A stretch of DNA of 64,000 bases. Source: Patescibacteria group bacterium (lineage in GTDB: Bacteria > Patescibacteriota > Patescibacteriia > UBA1558 > UBA10009). The stretch covers positions 12,012 through 76,011 of the forward strand of contig JAHITV010000018.1 of the NCBI GenBank assembly GCA_018817315.1, given 5' to 3'. The notes under the pieces are model-generated. The model worked only from the letters and a program-made list of their open reading frames with translations, was not told the origin of the DNA and did not search any database. Both the position numbers and the translations under genes were made by a program. Positions 8,754 through 18,199 of this stretch are shown here, piece by piece; position 1 is the first letter of the stretch, and every line of letters starts with the position of its first letter.

Positions 8754-9791
8754 ATGAATATCAATAAATTTTTTGAAACAGCGGTAGAAAAACAGGCTTC
8801 GGATATCCATTTAATAGTGGGTAAGCCGCCTATTTTAAGAATCAATGGCCAGTTATCACCCATTCCTAAGATAGAAATTCTTAATCAACTAGAGCTGGAA
8901 AAATTTATTTTTTCTTTACTAACCCCTAATCAAAAGGAGAAATTTATAAAACGTCGTGATCTGGATTTTTCTTATGAAACCAGTGATGGTTCACGTTTTC
9001 GTGTTAACATTTTATGGGAGAAAGATAATGTTGGGTTGGTAGCCAGAATTATTTCTTCTGATGTACCGACGATGGAAGAAGTGGGTTTACCAAGAGTAGT
9101 TTATGATATGATTTGTGCTCGTCAGGGATTAGTTTTGGTTACTGGTCCTACTGGTTGCGGCAAATCTACTTCTCTGGCAGCCATGATTAATCAGATAAAC
9201 AATGAGCGAGCAGTGAACATTGTTACTTTAGAGGATCCTATTGAATATATTTTTAAACCAGAAAAAAGCATTATTATGCAACGTCAGTTAGGCACTGATA
9301 TGATAAGCTTTCAAAGCGCTTTAAAACACGTGGTTCGCCAGGATCCAGATGTTATTATGGTGGGTGAGATGCGTGATTTTGAAACTATTGCCGCTACTTT
9401 AACTTTAGCTGAAACCGGACATTTGGTCTTAGCCACTTTGCATACTTATAATTCCAGCCAGACTATTGATCGCATTGTTGATGTTTTTCCTCCCTTTCAA
9501 CAAAATCAAATCAGATTACAGTTGTCTTTATCTTTAAACGGGGTTATTAGCCAGCAGTTACTGCCTAAAAAGGGTGGTGGCAGAATAGCAACTAGAGAAG
9601 TTTTAATTAATAATCCGGCCATTGTTAACATTATTAGAGAAAACAAGATCCCCCAAATAAAAACTGCCATTCAAACCAGCGCTGATGAAGGCATGTTTAC
9701 CTTACAGCAAGATTTAAGACGATTACTTAAAGAGGGATTAGTTGAAAAAGAGGTGGTAGAATATTATTTGCAGACTCTACCCAAGATATAA
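8754..9791 (+). CDS. pilT: Type IV pilus retraction ATPase PilT (the ORF may start at 8694)
   Basis: Walker A 'GPTGCGKSTSLAAMI', 'VGEMRD' Asp box, 'TLHT' His box. Length is about 345-365 aa. Confidence 0.8.
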   Translation: MNINKFFETAVEKQASDIHLIVGKPPILRINGQLSPIPKIEILNQLELEKFIFSLLTPNQKEKFIKRRDLDFSYETSDGSRFRVNILWEKDNVGLVARIISSDVPTMEEVGLPRVVYDMICARQGLVLVTGPTGCGKSTSLAAMINQINNERAVNIVTLEDPIEYIFKPEKSIIMQRQLGTDMISFQSALKHVVRQDPDVIMVGEMRDFETIAATLTLAETGHLVLATLHTYNSSQTIDRIVDVFPPFQQNQIRLQLSLSLNGVISQQLLPKKGGGRIATREVLINNPAIVNIIRENKIPQIKTAIQTSADEGMFTLQQDLRRLLKEGLVEKEVVEYYLQTLPKI

Positions 9792-9846
9792 AAACGGTGA
9801 TCAATATGGCGCTTAATTAGCTGGCGCTTTTTATTATCATAAAATC

Positions 9847-10488
9847 ATGTTAGGAATTTCTCACTTTACAGATTTTATTATTCATTTAGATGATTATCTA
9901 CTTTTAATTGTTAATGATTATGGTTTTTTGACTTATCTGATTCTTTGGTTAATCATTTTTTGCGAGACAGGTTTAGTCTTAACACCATTTTTACCAGGTG
10001 ATTCTTTATTATTTGTGGTAGGAACTTTAGCTGCCATGGGTTTATTAAAAGTGGGATTATTGTTCGGTCTTTTGTTTTTAGCCGCAGTTGTGGGAGATAC
10101 AGTAAATTATTGGTTGGGTCATTTTATTGGGCCAAAAATATTCAATAAAGAAGATTCTCGTTTATTTAATAAGAAATATCTTGAGCGCGCTTTTCGTTTC
10201 TATCAAAAATATGGCGGTCAGACTATTGTTTTAGCCAGGTTCGTGCCTTTTCTTCGGACTTTTGTGCCTTTTGTAGCAGGTATGGCCAGAATGAATTATT
10301 GGCTGTTTATTGTTTATAATATTTTAGGCGGTTTTTTGTGGGTGGGAATTTTTATTTTTGGCGGATATTTTTTCGGTAATCTGCCTTTTGTCAAAGATAA
10401 CTTTACTTTATTCATCTTGGGGATTATTTTTGTCACTTTAATACCGCCAGTTTTTAGACTTATAAAAAAACCCAAGAGATCAGAATGA
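9847..10488 (+). CDS. DedA/SNARE-associated family membrane protein
   Basis: 'VLTPFLPGDSLLFVVGTLAA' is the DedA signature, with multiple TM segments. Confidence 0.75.
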   Translation: MLGISHFTDFIIHLDDYLLLIVNDYGFLTYLILWLIIFCETGLVLTPFLPGDSLLFVVGTLAAMGLLKVGLLFGLLFLAAVVGDTVNYWLGHFIGPKIFNKEDSRLFNKKYLERAFRFYQKYGGQTIVLARFVPFLRTFVPFVAGMARMNYWLFIVYNILGGFLWVGIFIFGGYFFGNLPFVKDNFTLFILGIIFVTLIPPVFRLIKKPKRSE

Positions 10489-10501
10489 ATTTTATTAATC
10501 T

Positions 10502-10534
10502 AAAACACAGTCAAATTCTTAACTGTGTTTTTTA
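10502..10534. terminator. Bidirectional hairpin aaacacagt-N10-actgtgttt followed by TTTT, between convergent genes
   Basis: Inverted repeat with a T-run, read directly. Confidence 0.45.
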
Positions 10535-10542
10535 GTAGTCTA

Positions 10543-11181
10543 TTATTTTATTAAGTGTTTTGTATAACCTATTTTTACAAGTTGTTTATAAGCATCCCAG
10601 ACATCATCCGGTATTTCTTGAGATATTTGAAAACCTCTTGAGGGATATATTTTAAGACGTTGCAAGTCTCCCACTATAATATTAATTACGTCTTTTTTAG
10701 AAATTTCTTTGGTAGGATATTCTTCAAATGATATTTGAGGAGAAGTTATTATAATTTTTTTATTTGGCCAGACCTTTTTAAAGGTTGCATAAGTTCTCCT
10801 TTCCATATACGGTTTTTGAACCACAATTATTTTCTTTGTTTTAATATGATGTTTGGCTAAAAGTTCTCTGGTAAATTTTATATTTTCTCCTGTATTAGTA
10901 GACTTATTTTCTATAAGTATTTTATTTTTCGGAATACCCATATTTATTGCGATCTGAGCGAATTTATCAGCTTCTGGCTCATGCCAAGTATTTTCTGTGA
11001 GATTTCCTAATCCACCAGAAAAAATAAGTAAGGGTGCATATTTGTCTAGAAATAATTGTGCACCTTTTTCAGCTACTCGCAGATCATGACTGCCTAGAGC
11101 CAAAATGCAATCAGCTTTTTCTAGTTTATGATTTAAATGATGATAATCCCAAATCAATTGAGCAAGTTGATCAGTTTTCAT
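10543..11181 (-). CDS. DUF218 (YdcF/SanA-like) domain protein
   Basis: Contains 'LLIFSGGLG' and has the size and pattern of DUF218. Confidence 0.5.
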   Translation of the reverse strand: MKTDQLAQLIWDYHHLNHKLEKADCILALGSHDLRVAEKGAQLFLDKYAPLLIFSGGLGNLTENTWHEPEADKFAQIAINMGIPKNKILIENKSTNTGENIKFTRELLAKHHIKTKKIIVVQKPYMERRTYATFKKVWPNKKIIITSPQISFEEYPTKEISKKDVINIIVGDLQRLKIYPSRGFQISQEIPDDVWDAYKQLVKIGYTKHLIK

Positions 11182-11200
11182 ATTAAAATAAATTTGTGAT

Positions 11201-11435
11201 TGGTACCCCCGCTAGGATTTGAACCTAGAACCTTCTGGTCCGACCCCGCACCAATAATTTTTTATTTTATAATTTCTTTTGGTGTCCCTGGGAGGATTCG
11301 AACCTCCAATTACGGGTCCGAAGCCCGTTGTGATATCCATTTCACCACAGGGACAGCAAGAGAGATTATAAGATTAGAATTTAGATTAATAAATAACGAG
11401 ATTGGTGCGGGGCTATCCAATTGAGCTACGAGGGC
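11201..11435 (-). ncRNA. Interrupted/split tRNA-like gene. The 5' part has acceptor + D-arm (11401-11435). The 3' part has a long variable arm + T-arm + acceptor + CCA (11201-11258). A 12-bp extended helix (ccccgcaccaat / attggtgcgggg) brackets a 142-nt insertion that contains tRNA-Arg
   Basis: Manual folding. Acceptor gccctcg pairs with cgggggt (two G-U). T-arm is ctagg-ttcaaat-cctag. A CCA is encoded. A 4-bp variable arm suggests class II. The anticodon loop is replaced by the long helix plus insertion. Confidence 0.45.
11280..11354 (-). tRNA. tRNA-Arg (anticodon UCG), CCA encoded
   Basis: Manual fold. Acceptor gtccctg/cagggac. D-stem gtga/tcac. Anticodon stem acggg/cccgt with loop cTTCGGa. 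T-arm ggagg-ttcgaat-cctcc. Confidence 0.75.
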
Positions 11436-11463
11436 AGGCGATGGAAAACTAAGACGGTTAAAA

Positions 11464-12849
11464 TTAGCGAATGTATTGTAAAGGATCAGTCTTTACCCCA
11501 TTAATTCTAACTTCAAAATGCAGATGCGGTCCGGTGGAATATCCAGTAGAGCCAATAGCAGCAATAACCTGACCACGGCTAACTGCTTCTCCTACTTTAA
11601 CTAAAATTCTGGAGGCATGAGCATACAAAGTTTTTAAACCCCCTCCATGATTAATAATAACAAAATAGCCGTATCCTCCGCTGCTCCAGCCAGCTTGTTC
11701 TACTCGGCCAGACTCTGCCGCATAAATTGGTTGACCTGTTTTATTGCCGATATCTAAACCAGCATGTCGCCAACGAAAGTATTGAGTAATGCGGCGAGAA
11801 TTAGTAGGCCATTGTAATTTAGAACCACTTTGAACTGATGGAGTAAAAATATTTATAATAGAAGGAGCTTTTGTGACAGTGGCGGTATAGGCAACTGGTT
11901 TGACTCCTTCAGGAATAATAATAGATTGACCAGCTTGAATATCAGTGGCAGAAGCTAGTTTATTGAATTCAATAATTTTTTCTACGTCTGCCTGGTAGGT
12001 CTTGGCGATTTTTTGTAAAGTATCTCCTGATTTAATTTTATGACTAATACCACTGATTGGTAAAATTTTTAGAGTTTGTCCGGGTTTAATAGTGGAGTAA
12101 TAAGATAAATTATTTTCCCAGAGCATGCTTACCACACTGATATTAAAATTTTTGGCAATAGTAGAAATAGTGTCACCACTTTCAACGGTGTAATTAATTA
12201 CTTTATCCCTTTTTTTAGTAATAGCTTCGGGATCGGTGATTTCCGGAGAAATAAGAGCTGATTCATCTTGGGTGGTAGCAACCAATGAATCAATTTTTTC
12301 TTCCACGGTTGCAGCCGGCGACTCTTCGGTTAAAGCTTCTTCAGCAAGATAAGAAACCGGAGACAATTCTTCGGACAAAGGCCCTTCTTCTATTTCACTT
12401 TCTAAATCTTCATCAGTAAAATATTCACCCACATTAGTGATTTTATAAAGAATATTTTTTTGTCCGTATTTTTCGGGATGTATTGGCTTGGCCTGTAAAT
12501 TATTGATTACTCCTAATAAACCGATTAAAACAATTATTATTAAGGGTAAATAATAGCTGTGATTTTTGGAAGCATCTTGATTTTTGGAAGCAAAGCTAGC
12601 TATTATTTTTTTTAGCTGACGGTTTAATTTGTAAGCCGGCAAAAAAACAGTATAAAAAGTGATTTTATATAAGATGAAACACGGCCAAAGTAAAATTTTC
12701 CCTATTAAAAGCAAAGGTTTTTTAAATTTGCTTGTAATTTTCAATACTTTTAATAGGGTGACTAGGAGTTTTTGTTTAAATTCTGAAGAAATATATTTTT
12801 CGTTAAATTTTATGTTTAATAAAATAACATAATTACTATCTTTGGTCAA
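11464..12849 (-). CDS. Membrane-anchored peptidoglycan hydrolase: 2x LysM + M23 (LytM) peptidase domain
   Basis: LysM motifs ('YTVESGDTISTIAKNF', 'HKIKSGDTLQKIAKTY'). C-terminal M23 motifs ('NHGGGLKTLYAHAS', 'GSTGYSTGPHLHFEV'). Confidence 0.8.
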   Translation of the reverse strand: MTKDSNYVILLNIKFNEKYISSEFKQKLLVTLLKVLKITSKFKKPLLLIGKILLWPCFILYKITFYTVFLPAYKLNRQLKKIIASFASKNQDASKNHSYYLPLIIIVLIGLLGVINNLQAKPIHPEKYGQKNILYKITNVGEYFTDEDLESEIEEGPLSEELSPVSYLAEEALTEESPAATVEEKIDSLVATTQDESALISPEITDPEAITKKRDKVINYTVESGDTISTIAKNFNISVVSMLWENNLSYYSTIKPGQTLKILPISGISHKIKSGDTLQKIAKTYQADVEKIIEFNKLASATDIQAGQSIIIPEGVKPVAYTATVTKAPSIINIFTPSVQSGSKLQWPTNSRRITQYFRWRHAGLDIGNKTGQPIYAAESGRVEQAGWSSGGYGYFVIINHGGGLKTLYAHASRILVKVGEAVSRGQVIAAIGSTGYSTGPHLHFEVRINGVKTDPLQYIR

Positions 12850-12916
12850 AGTTTTTACTTGTAAAGTAAGGTAAATTAGTCTAAAATAAAACTTATCTTA
12901 AAGATATATATTTTTT

Positions 12917-15370
12917 ATGACAACTTATTATAATCATAAAAAAATTGAAGGTAAATGGCAACAAAAATGGGAACAACAGCCGCTTAATCAGGCCGTTGAT
13001 TTTTCTAAAAATTTCAAGAAGTATGTCTTGGATATGTTTCCTTATCCTTCGGGCGAAGGTTTGCATGTTGGTCATCCAGAAGGTTACACCGCTACTGATA
13101 TTTATTCCAGGTATTTGAGAATGAACGGTTTTAATGTTTTGCATCCTATTGGTTGGGACGCTTTTGGTCTGCCGGCGGAAAATTATGCCATCCAGCAAAA
13201 AGTTCATCCGCAAAAGTCAACAAAAAAGAATATTGAATATTTTCGTCAGCAAATAAAATCCCTGGGTTTTTCTTATGATTGGTCCAGGGAAATAAATACC
13301 TCTGATCCTGATTATTATTGTTGGACGCAATGGCTTTTTTTACAGCTTTATAAAAAAGATTTGGCTTATAAAAAGAAAGCGCCGGTTAATTGGTGCAAGG
13401 ATTGTAAAACGGTTTTAGCCAATGAACAGGTAATTGATGGCAAGTGCGAACGTTGCAATCATCAGGTAATACAGAAAGATTTAGAACAGTGGTTTTTTAA
13501 AATTACAGCATACGCCGAAGAACTTTTAAAAGAGATTGACAAATTAGACTGGTCACAGGCTTTAAAAAATGCTCAAAAAAATTGGATCGGAAGATCAGAA
13601 GGAGCTCTTATTAAATTCCAAGTTTCAAATTCAAAACGAATCATTGAAGTTTTTACCACTCGTCCTGATACTTTGTTTGGTGCAACTTATATGGTGCTGG
13701 CGCCTGAACATCAGTTAATCCAAGAATTAAAGGAGAAAATTACTAACTGGCCAGAAGTTGAAAAATATATCAAGCAAGCACGGAATAAAAATCAAATGGA
13801 ACGGACAGATTTAGCTAAAGAAAAAACAGGCGTGGAATTAAAAGGCATTAAAGCAATTAATCCTGCCACTAAAAAAGAAATTCCTATTTGGCTTGCCGAT
13901 TATGTTTTAACTAGTTATGGCACTGGTGCGATTATGGCTGTGCCAGCGCATGATCAGAGAGATTGGGAGTTTGCTGATAAGTATCATTTAAATAAGAAGG
14001 TAGTTGTATATAACCCTAATTATATTAAAGATGAATATATTGAAAATGGAGGATTTTTACCCCAGGCAATGGAAGAAGAGGGAGAAGTAATTAATTCTAA
14101 TGGTTGTGGAGATTTTGCTATGGATGGATGGCCTACTGAAAAAGCAATTAAAGAGGTAATTAGTATTTTAGAAAGAAAAAAATTAGGTAAAGCTCAAACG
14201 CAATATAAAATACGCGATTGGCTGGTCAGTCGTCAACGTTATTGGGGTGCGCCAATTCCTATTATATATTGTGATAAATGTGGTGTTGTTCCAGTTCCAG
14301 AAAAAGACTTGCCAGTGTTACTGCCAGATGATGTGGATTTTAAACCGACTGGAGAATCACCTTTAGTCCGTTCAAAAAAATTCCATCAGGTTAAATGTCC
14401 AAAGTGCGGCAGTGCTGCCAGACGTGAGTCAGATACGATGGATACTTTTGTTTGTTCGGCTTGGTATTTTTTAAGATTTTGCGATCCGCAAAATAGCAAG
14501 GAAATTTTTAATCAGAAAAAAATAAAATATTGGCTGCCAGTTAATTTATATGTCGGCGGAATGGAGCATGCGGTTGGTCATCTTATTTATGCGCGGTTTA
14601 TTACCAAAGCTTTAAGAGATGCAGGTTTTTTAAATTTTAGCGAACCCTTTTTAAAAATCAGAAACCAGGGGATTATTCTGGCAGAAGACGGCCGTAAAAT
14701 GAGCAAGCGCTGGAAAAACGTCATTAATCCCGATAAAGTTGTTGAGGAATACGGCGCAGATACCATGAGAATGTATGAAATGTTTATGGGACCTTTAGAA
14801 GATCATAAACCTTGGGACAGTAAAAATATTATGGGAATTAGAAGATTTTTGGAAAAAGTTTATAAACTGATTAATTTCTTTAAATCACCTTCATCATCCG
14901 CTGATGAAAAAACAGAACGTTTATTAAATAAAACCATAAAAAAAGTTACGGCAGATATAGAAGAGCTAAAATTTAACACAGCTATTTCCGCGATGATGGA
15001 ATTAGTAAATTATTTTACTTCTCCTCAGCAAAAGTTGACTGCCAAACAATTGGAAACATTGGTAAAATTGTTAGCGCCCTTTGCGCCTCATTTAGCTGAA
15101 GAATTATGGCAAAAATTAGGCCATAAAAGATCAATCTTTAAAGAAAGCTGGCCTAAGTTTGATCCTAAATTAGTTATTGATGAAAAAGTAACTGTTGTTA
15201 TTCAAGTTAACGGAAAACTTAGAGCAACTATACAGGTTAAAAGAGGTGTAGGTGAAAAAGAACTAAAAGAATTAGTTAATAAGCAAGCACAAATTAAAAA
15301 ACATCTTAAAGGCAAGGAAATTAAAAAGTTTATTTACATCAAAGATAAACTTGTTAATTTAGTTATTTGA
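12917..15370 (+). CDS. leuS: Leucyl-tRNA synthetase
   Basis: HIGH motif 'HVGHPEGY' and KMSKS motif 'KMSKRW'. Length is 817 aa with LeuS-type zinc/editing regions. Confidence 0.9.
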   Translation: MTTYYNHKKIEGKWQQKWEQQPLNQAVDFSKNFKKYVLDMFPYPSGEGLHVGHPEGYTATDIYSRYLRMNGFNVLHPIGWDAFGLPAENYAIQQKVHPQKSTKKNIEYFRQQIKSLGFSYDWSREINTSDPDYYCWTQWLFLQLYKKDLAYKKKAPVNWCKDCKTVLANEQVIDGKCERCNHQVIQKDLEQWFFKITAYAEELLKEIDKLDWSQALKNAQKNWIGRSEGALIKFQVSNSKRIIEVFTTRPDTLFGATYMVLAPEHQLIQELKEKITNWPEVEKYIKQARNKNQMERTDLAKEKTGVELKGIKAINPATKKEIPIWLADYVLTSYGTGAIMAVPAHDQRDWEFADKYHLNKKVVVYNPNYIKDEYIENGGFLPQAMEEEGEVINSNGCGDFAMDGWPTEKAIKEVISILERKKLGKAQTQYKIRDWLVSRQRYWGAPIPIIYCDKCGVVPVPEKDLPVLLPDDVDFKPTGESPLVRSKKFHQVKCPKCGSAARRESDTMDTFVCSAWYFLRFCDPQNSKEIFNQKKIKYWLPVNLYVGGMEHAVGHLIYARFITKALRDAGFLNFSEPFLKIRNQGIILAEDGRKMSKRWKNVINPDKVVEEYGADTMRMYEMFMGPLEDHKPWDSKNIMGIRRFLEKVYKLINFFKSPSSSADEKTERLLNKTIKKVTADIEELKFNTAISAMMELVNYFTSPQQKLTAKQLETLVKLLAPFAPHLAEELWQKLGHKRSIFKESWPKFDPKLVIDEKVTVVIQVNGKLRATIQVKRGVGEKELKELVNKQAQIKKHLKGKEIKKFIYIKDKLVNLVI

Positions 15371-15377
15371 TTTTTTA

Positions 15378-16571
15378 ATGTCAATAATTTCTCGTTATCA
15401 TCAAAAGAATATCTTACCACCCGGTTTAGCTTCTTTATATACTTCACGTACAATTGTTTTGATTGCCATGGGTTTTACGGGGTTGTTTTACCCAATTTTT
15501 TTATTACTCAATTTTCATAGTTTAGAAAAAACTATCATTTGGTATTTAGTCACCTGGGCTCTTTATGTATTTTCAGTGGCCCTGGGGGTTAAAATGATAA
15601 ATTATATTGGCATAAAGAATTCTATAATTGCTTCTTTACCATTTTTAGCTTTGTTTTATTTTGCTTCTTATAATTTTTCCAATAATCTTTTGTTTTGGGT
15701 TGTTATTGCTGCCTTGGCATTAACTTTTTATCGCATGCTTTTTTGGGTTCCTTTTCATACGGACTTTACAAAATTTTCACAAAAAAAAATTAGAGGTAGG
15801 CAAATCGGTTTGTTGGGTTCCATTTCTTCAATTTTAGGAATTATTATTCCGGTTATTTCTGGTTTTTTAATTAAAAACTATGGTTTTGATTTTGTTTTTG
15901 TGATTGTAATAATTTTAATTTTTGTGGCTATTATTCCTTTAATTTTTTTACCCAAGGTTAAAGAAAAATTCAGTTGGAGTTATTTAAAAACCTGGAAAGA
16001 ATATTTTGCTCACAAAAACCGTAAAATGATGGTGGCTTATATGGCTGATGGAGCGGAAAATTGGATTGGCGGAGTGTTATGGCCGATTTTTATTTGGCAA
16101 TTATTAAACGGTGAATTTTTAACCGTTGGTCTATTAAGTTCCGTTATTACTTTTGTAGCTGTGATTTTAAAATTAATTATTGGAGACTACACGGATCGTT
16201 TTGATAAAAGGAAACTGGTGGGTTGGGGTTCAATTTTATATTCAGTTGGCTGGATTGTTAAAATATTTATCACCACGGCAGTGCAAATATTCTTTGCTTC
16301 AACTTATCATAATTTCGCTATGGTGATTTTAAGAACTCCCTTTAGCGCTTTGGTTTATGAAAAAATGGCGGATAGCGGTCATTACGTTGATGAATATTCA
16401 ACATTAAGAGAAATGTATTTACATAGCGGACGTATTATAGTTATTGTGATTGTATTATTTCTATTAAACTATTTATCACTAAATTTCATCTTTATTTTAG
16501 CGGCTTTTGCTTCTTTATTTGTTAATTTATTACCTAAGCAGGGTTTATATGAAAAAACGGGAATTAAGTAA
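15378..16571 (+). CDS. Polytopic membrane transporter (MFS-like, about 10-12 TM), function unknown
   Basis: Called from hydrophobicity pattern only. Confidence 0.4.
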   Translation: MSIISRYHQKNILPPGLASLYTSRTIVLIAMGFTGLFYPIFLLLNFHSLEKTIIWYLVTWALYVFSVALGVKMINYIGIKNSIIASLPFLALFYFASYNFSNNLLFWVVIAALALTFYRMLFWVPFHTDFTKFSQKKIRGRQIGLLGSISSILGIIIPVISGFLIKNYGFDFVFVIVIILIFVAIIPLIFLPKVKEKFSWSYLKTWKEYFAHKNRKMMVAYMADGAENWIGGVLWPIFIWQLLNGEFLTVGLLSSVITFVAVILKLIIGDYTDRFDKRKLVGWGSILYSVGWIVKIFITTAVQIFFASTYHNFAMVILRTPFSALVYEKMADSGHYVDEYSTLREMYLHSGRIIVIVIVLFLLNYLSLNFIFILAAFASLFVNLLPKQGLYEKTGIK

Positions 16572-17178
16572 ATCAGCCGAAAGTTTTATCGTAAATGAGG
16601 CAGTCAAAATATTAAAGAAAGGCAAAATAATTGTTTATCCCACAGAAACAGCTTATGGACTGGGAGCTGATTTTTCTAATCCCCAAGCCCTAAAGAAAAT
16701 TTATCAGATTAAAGGCAGAAGTTTTAAAAAACCACTGTCAATTATAGTAAGTGATTTTAAGATGGCTAAAAAATTAATTAAGTTTGATAAATTTTCTTTA
16801 AAACTTGCCAAAAAATATTGGCCAGGACCTTTAACTTTAGTTTTAGAGCCCACCAAAGTCATAGAAAAGTTTCAGCAAAAAGGTCAATTACCTCAAAATT
16901 CGATTGCTTTGAGAATTTCTTCCAATCAACTGATTACTAAAATAGTTAAAAAATTAGGCCGACCAGTTACGGCTACTAGCGCTAACTTTGCTGATCAAAA
17001 AGAATGTTATACTGCAAGAAAAGTTTTAAAAAGTTTTAAGAATAAAAAATATCAACCAGATTTAATTATTGATGCAGGTGTATTGCCTAGACGAAAAACT
17101 TCAACTATTGTTAATGTTATAGATAGTCAGATAAAAGTTTTAAGAAAAGGCACGATAAAATTAAATCCTAAATTCTAA
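16549..17178 (+). CDS. tsaC: L-threonylcarbamoyladenylate synthase (YrdC/Sua5 domain)
   Basis: 'KIIVYPTETAYGLGADFSN' is the YrdC signature. The start is probably the internal Met at 16549 rather than ORF start 16507. Confidence 0.75.
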   Translation: MKKRELSKSAESFIVNEAVKILKKGKIIVYPTETAYGLGADFSNPQALKKIYQIKGRSFKKPLSIIVSDFKMAKKLIKFDKFSLKLAKKYWPGPLTLVLEPTKVIEKFQQKGQLPQNSIALRISSNQLITKIVKKLGRPVTATSANFADQKECYTARKVLKSFKNKKYQPDLIIDAGVLPRRKTSTIVNVIDSQIKVLRKGTIKLNPKF

Positions 17179-17284
17179 GTACTAAATACCGTTCGGTTTG
17201 TCTCGATGCCGACTCAACACGGAGGCGAGCTCACGGCCGAATGGGTATTAGGATTTAGAAATTAGAATTTAGTATTTATCCTTT

Positions 17285-18142
17285 ATGGATTTATTAAAAC
17301 AAACCAAATTTTTAATAAAAAAAACAGGACTAAAACCGGATAAATTAAAGGGGCAGAATTTTTGTATTGAGCAAAAAGTGATTGAGGAGATGATTAAGGC
17401 AGCTAACATTTCCCCTCAAGATACAATCATAGAAGTCGGTCCGGGTTTTGGTTTTTTAACCGACAAGTTATGTAATAAAACTAAAGAGGTTATAGCAGTG
17501 GAGCTGGATAAAAAGTTATTTAAGATAGTAAAAAATTTAGAAAAATTTTATAATAACCTGCAGGCCATTGAAGGGGATATCCTAAAATTAAAGATGGAGA
17601 ATTTGTTATCAAGAAAAAGAACAGTTGAAAAATTTCAAAATTATAAAATTGTAGCTAATCTTCCTTATGCTATCTCTTCAGTTTTTTTAAAAAAATTTTT
17701 AACCAGCGATTTTAAACCTCAAGCCATGACTTTGTTATTACAAAAGGAAGTGGCTCAAAGAATTTGCGCTGCCCCTGGAAAAATGAGTCTGCTGGCTTTA
17801 TCAATTCAGCTTTATAGTAAACCTGTTTTGATTAAAATAATATCCAAGGAAAGTTTTTGGCCTGTGCCTCAAGTAGATTCAGCAATCTTAAGGATAGAAA
17901 AGATTCACGCCTTTCCTTTTGCCAAAGAAGTGCCGGAAAAAGTATTTTGGCAGGTAATAAGATCCGGTTTTTGCAGTAAACGCAAACAGCTACATAATAA
18001 TTTAAAGAACAGCTTGCATTTAAATACTGATCAGCTGGACAAAGTCTTTTCCCAAAGTCAATTAAATGAAAAAATTAGGGCTCAAGAACTCTCTCTTAAA
18101 GATTGGTTAAAGTTAGCTAAAAGCTATAATAGACTTTGTTGA
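17285..18142 (+). CDS. rsmA: 16S rRNA (adenine1518/1519-N6)-dimethyltransferase
   Basis: 'GQNFCIEQKVIEEMIKAA' and the SAM motif 'IIEVGPGFGFLT'. Confidence 0.8.
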   Translation: MDLLKQTKFLIKKTGLKPDKLKGQNFCIEQKVIEEMIKAANISPQDTIIEVGPGFGFLTDKLCNKTKEVIAVELDKKLFKIVKNLEKFYNNLQAIEGDILKLKMENLLSRKRTVEKFQNYKIVANLPYAISSVFLKKFLTSDFKPQAMTLLLQKEVAQRICAAPGKMSLLALSIQLYSKPVLIKIISKESFWPVPQVDSAILRIEKIHAFPFAKEVPEKVFWQVIRSGFCSKRKQLHNNLKNSLHLNTDQLDKVFSQSQLNEKIRAQELSLKDWLKLAKSYNRLC

Positions 18143-18167
18143 CGATAAGAAGCAGTCGTGATATAAT
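18139..18167 (+). promoter_or_regulatory. Near-consensus sigma70-type promoter TTGACG-17nt-TATAAT upstream of ORF 18200 and the giant surface-protein/VirB6-like operon
   Basis: TTGACG at 18139-18144, a 17-nt spacer, and TATAAT at 18162-18167. Confidence 0.55.
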
Positions 18168-18199
18168 TTAGTAAGATTTTTATTATTATTTTGGTGAAT

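Noticed and set aside
9792-9846. Possible terminator after pilT (tggcgcttaattagctggcgcttttt)
   Set aside because: The repeated tggcgc units are direct, not inverted. Only a weak gcgc/gcgc stem is possible.
11200-11424. Predicted 74-aa ORF on the + strand
   Set aside because: It lies entirely within the antisense of the nested tRNA locus. The sequence is explained by tRNA-Arg and the outer tRNA-like halves.
12893-13213. 106-aa ORF on the - strand
   Set aside because: It is fully antisense to the 5' end of leuS and has a low-complexity translation, so it is spurious.
16507-16548. Upstream extension of tsaC overlapping the preceding membrane-protein gene
   Set aside because: The conserved YrdC region begins after the internal Met at 16549. 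The extension (MLLYLLIYYLSRVY) is the other gene's hydrophobic tail read out of frame.
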